Positions 60,313 to 64,000 of a DNA stretch of 64,000 nt are shown in pieces. The DNA comes from Tricharina praecox. Lineage: Eukaryota. The notes under the pieces are model-generated. The model was not told the origin of the DNA, did no database searches, and saw only the letters and a program-made list of their open reading frames with translations. Location of the stretch: positions 1,116,001 to 1,180,000 of the forward strand of contig NW_026250413.1 in the NCBI RefSeq assembly GCF_024521635.1, given 5' to 3'. How positions within the stretch are numbered: the stretch's first letter is position 1; every line of letters starts with the position of its first letter. The position numbers and the translations under genes are program-made.

Positions 60313-60962
60313 GCGAATTCAGCAAAGATGCCTTGGAGCGAATCCAGTACAGAGCCCTGGGAGCGAATGTAGTGGAGAGGCCATGGCAGGGAAAGCAGTA
60401 GGGGCCCTGGGAGCGAATGAAGTAGAGAGGCTATGGCAACGAATCCAGTACCGAGCCATGGCAGCGAGTCCGGTCAAGCGCTCTGGGAATGAATCCAGTA
60501 GAAAGATCTGGCAGCGAATCCAGCAGAGAGGCCTTGGGAGCGAATCCAGTACAGAACCCTTGCAGCGAATCCAGCAGAGATGCCTTGCAGTGAATCCAGT
60601 ACAGAGGCAGAGAGGCCTTGGAGCGAATACAGTACAGCGCCATGGGGGCGAATGCAGTAGACAGGCCATGGCAGCGAATCCAGTACAGAGCCATGGCAGC
60701 GAATCCAGTACAGAGCTATGAGAGCGAATGCTGTAGAGCAGCTGGGAGCAAACTCAGCAGAGAGGCCATGGCAGCGAATCCAGCAGAGAGGCCATGGCCA
60801 GGAATGCAGTACAGAGCCCCGGGAGCGAATGCCATGGTGAGCTCTGGGAGCGAGTGCAGTGATGCAGCCCTGGGAGCTAATGCAGTGGTAAGGCCCTAGG
60901 AGCGACTCCAGGACTGAGCCGGGGGAGAGAAACCAGTACAGAGTAATGGTAGCGAATCCACC
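60313..60962. repeat. Minisatellite of about 26 degenerate 25-bp units
   Basis: Consensus GCGAATCCAGTACAGAGCCATGG(C/G)A with a 24-26 bp period. An isolated inverted unit lies at 61329-61351. Confidence 0.93.
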
Positions 60963-61704
60963 TGAGAGGACTGGGGATTCTTGGCAAGCATCTGTAGGTG
61001 ATTACAACGCCTGCCGACTATTGCCTGTTTCGCCGCGGAAAGTATGATAAATGTTTGGTAGCGTGGCCCATGAGTGTATACAGTCCACAGCCTGCCGGCG
61101 ATCACAGTTTTGCCACGCCAAATGACAACCGCGTTGTTGCGGAAGGAACGTCAGTGGCACAAGTTTCTTTGGTACCCAAATATCATTGCCAGCGACTCCA
61201 TGTGTCTTAATCCATCATGGCTAGCGAACGGCGAAGGTTCGTTGTTACCTGGGCCTCACGACGGCATCCGCCCCCAAGGCGTCAGTAGTGGATTCACCGC
61301 TAGGACTCTCTAATGGATGCGCTTTAACGCCTCTCTGCTGGATTCGCTCCCGGCTGCCACCCTATTTTGTTAATGTGAGATGTGAAAATATTGATAGTAT
61401 GGAAATGACAGTGTGTTATATGGACAGTGAAAACTTGGGTGCTGATGAAACTCGGCTCTTGTTGCGGAATGCACATCTTGGTTCTGCAATCGTCCCTCAC
61501 TCACAGCGCTCCACTGCCTATCACTCGGCCACCTGCGACGCCTCAAAGTTTTGATGTGGTGACATGTCACACCCCCATGGACTCTCCTGTAGTCACAGCC
61601 ACAGGAGTTCGTTCAGAAGGGATCGGAAAACGTCATTAAATAGTCATAGCAGAGAGACAAGTTACGCAGAAGTGAGCAAACGTAATCCAGAGTCTAGATG
61701 TAAC

Positions 61705-62214
61705 TGTCACGGCTCGCGACGGCACGTTCCAAGAAGAGTCGGAACAGGGATCGGAAGGCAGCGCCGGGACAGTGCAAGGGGCTGCGCGGGCGGCAATGCA
61801 AGAATGAGCCGGAGGGATTGGGGCTGTGTGTTGGTAGCAGGGGTAGCGCGGCAGTGCAGGCTGTGACTCACTGGAGCGGGGTATCGGCGAGGAGAATTTC
61901 TCAGGGTCTAACACATGCCCACGGTCATAGTCAGGTTGCGGGAAGAAGTGGAGGATTTCCTATATAAACGGGCCGGCGCCCCTCTGTAATTAGTTCTTCA
62001 CGCAACAACTTGTTAATTCAATCACTGTTACCTCTGTCCTTGCCTCGGCTGCCGTCTGCGCCGTAGTCCTTGTCCCTGTCTCTGTTCTCAGTTGCCGTCC
62101 GCACTGAGCCCTGCCTCACCTTGTCCTCTGAACCTGTCTTGTCTCTGCCGAACCTAGAACCCGATTCCGAGCCCGACTTCGCTACCTGGAGCCTTGCCCG
62201 ACCATGCCGTTACA
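61705..62214 (+). repeat. 5' LTR (510 bp) of the Ty3/gypsy element
   Basis: Inverted termini TGTCACGGC...GCCGTTACA and a TATATAAA box at 61961. The LTR ends 40 nt before the gag ATG. The partner LTR is outside the window. Confidence 0.8.
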
Positions 62215-62253
62215 CTTTGTTGCGCCGCCCATCTCTCCACCTAGCGAAGAACC

Positions 62254-63444
62254 ATGGCCACCAACACCCCAGCACCAGACCCTCCCCAGCAGGAGGAAGT
62301 ACCGGTGGCACCCCCCTACTATCGAGAAATTCCCGCCACCGTCTACGAGCAACTCGAGATCATCGTCAACCACGACTCACCCGCCGACAATGCGACACTG
62401 TTGGGGTTATATAACCAGTTCCAAATCATAGCCCGCGCAATCACCCAGTCCCCCACAGCAGCACCCACCTGGCGAGTAGACGACCTCGAAGAACAACTTG
62501 CCAACTCCCGTCGTATCGCCAACCTTCTCGCCACACTAGAAACCCAACCCCAGGGCCGCGCCGAGCGCGTCCCGGAGCCAGCCATGTTTGATGGCACTCG
62601 AGAGAAGCTTGAAGGGTTTGTTGCCCAGCTTCAACTCAAACTGTACAGCGACCCTACCCGTTTCCCGTCCCCAGCACTCACAATGGCCTACACCTTCAAC
62701 CGTCTCGAAGGCCGTGCCCAGGCCCAGATACTGCCGTACATCCAGAACAACGTGATCAGCTTGACCGGTGCCGATGCCATGGTCACCATCCTCGAAAAGG
62801 CCTTCGGCGATCCCGACCCAGCGGCCACCGCACGCGCCGAACTCCACCGTCTCAAGCAAGGGAACAAGGACTTTACGTCTTACTTTGCGGAGTTTCAAAG
62901 GCTTGTGTCCAAGCTGAACTGGGACGAGCATGCCAAACTCGATGCACTACGCGAAGGAGTCTCCATTTAGCTCCACCGACAACTGGTGGGCCGCACTCAG
63001 GGACTCACCTACAACCAGTTCGTGGCTCTCTGCCAGAGCCTCGACTCCGAGCTACGGGCCCTCCAACTCCGTGAAGGCCGCCGCAACCCCCCGCGACGAA
63101 ACAACAGCCCGCAACTCCCAGCTCCGCCCAGGAATCCGGCCCATAACAGTACACCACCAACAACCACTGCAACCGGAACAGCCCCAGGGGCTATGGACCT
63201 CAGCGCGAACAGTCGCAAGATCTCTGACCAAGAGCGAGCTGCACGTCTCCGCGAGGGACGTTGCCTGTACTGTGGAGGCAGTGGCCACATGGCCCGACAC
63301 TGCCCCAACAAGAATCGGAACCCTTTCCGTGCCGCAGCTGCACAGCTGACGTTTGAGCAACCCGGAACCCCGACCCCAGACCACCCGTACTACAATTGCA
63401 ACCAGAATTGTGGCGACAACCAACCGCAGTCGGGAAAAGCCTAG
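62254..63444 (+). pseudogene. gag: gag with one in-frame TAG at 62968-62970
   Basis: Capsid motifs PEPAMFDGTREKLEGF, RLEGRA and LKQGNKDFTSYFAEFQRL, then AMDLS and CLYCGGSGHMARHC. The frame is the same on both sides of the stop. Confidence 0.9.
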
Positions 63445-63477
63445 ACCAACAACCGCTTGATGGCACTGTTGTTGGTC
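63432..63477 (+). promoter_or_regulatory. -1 programmed ribosomal frameshift signal
   Basis: Slippery heptamer G GGA AAA (63432-63438) in gag phase, a 5-nt spacer, then a perfect 10-bp stem GACCAACAAC/GTTGTTGGTC. Confidence 0.85.
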
Positions 63478-64000
63478 GTACCCAGGATAAGTCTGTTTCT
63501 CCGTTTTCTACTCATTTTCGTTTGTCCAATTTGTCAGTGTCTGGGATGGTAGTGGAGGAATCATCAATGGAAGGGAAACATCTTGTTGTGCTATGTAACC
63601 TTTCGTTTGGTGACAAAACCATTGCCACACATACGCTGATCGATTGTGGAGCAACCGGAATCGCCTTTGTAGACAAAGACTTCACCCGCCATCACAACCT
63701 ACCCCTCGTACCCCTAGAATCCCCGCGCGCCCTTGAGGTCATCGACGGCCGCCCCATCGAGTCCGGCGACATCACACACGTTGCCACCACCACCCTGTCA
63801 ATCCAAGAGCACCAAGAAGAACTCCCCATGTTCGTCACCAAACTGGGGCACAACCCAATCGTACTCGGAATTCCCTGGATGGACCTACACGACGTGGCCA
63901 TCCGATTCAGCTCCCGCACCCTCACTTTTGGTTCCCAATATTGCACTGCAAACTGCAATACGGTACCTACAGTAGCTCACTGTATCACCACGAACCCACC
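63432..64000 (+). CDS. pol: pol, 5' part (aspartic protease), in the -1 frame relative to gag
   Basis: The frame is open from 63432 to the window end. It contains LIDCGATGIAFVD (catalytic Asp at 63642-63644) and IVLGIPWM. Confidence 0.92.

Larger units (their letters stand above)
61705..64000 (+). mobile_element. Ty3/gypsy LTR retrotransposon, 5' portion (continues beyond the window)
   Basis: LTR, then gag with capsid and CCHC knuckle, then an aspartic protease in the -1 frame. Confidence 0.95.

Noticed and set aside
60313-60962. CRISPR-like array
   Set aside because: The context is eukaryotic, there are no cas genes, and the variable parts are short and related to each other rather than unique spacers.
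1-64000. tRNA, rRNA or Starship captain genes
   Set aside because: I recognised no cloverleaf with A/B boxes, no rRNA-like segment and no tyrosine-recombinase ORF by eye. A tRNAscan, Infernal or HMM run would be needed to exclude them formally.

Overview
Genomic window of a filamentous ascomycete, inferred from GT..AG introns with CTAAC/CTGAC branch sites, a Zn2Cys6 factor and a fungal Ty3/gypsy element. The first ~35 kb is core-like. It holds a Zn2Cys6 transcription factor, a class-1A DHODH-like flavoenzyme, a SET methyltransferase, a C2H2 protein, an M43 metalloprotease, a small secreted protein and an Aro8-type aminotransferase, separated by microsatellite-rich spacers. The rest is accessory-like: a vWA pseudogene, an unknown gene family with one intact and one broken copy, an Ala/Gln coiled-coil ORF between two independent solo LTRs, a GH43 arabinanase, a 25-bp minisatellite and the 5' part of a Ty3/gypsy retrotransposon. 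The main candidate for a new system is the four-exon gene at 12659-14887 (-), only partly visible in the ORF track. When spliced it encodes ~598 aa: an N-terminal domain resembling a retrotransposon Gag capsid lobe, a disordered linker, and an L-rhamnose-dehydrogenase-like SDR that has lost all three catalytic residues but keeps its dinucleotide-binding motif. All family assignments come from motif recognition by eye; no database searches were run.
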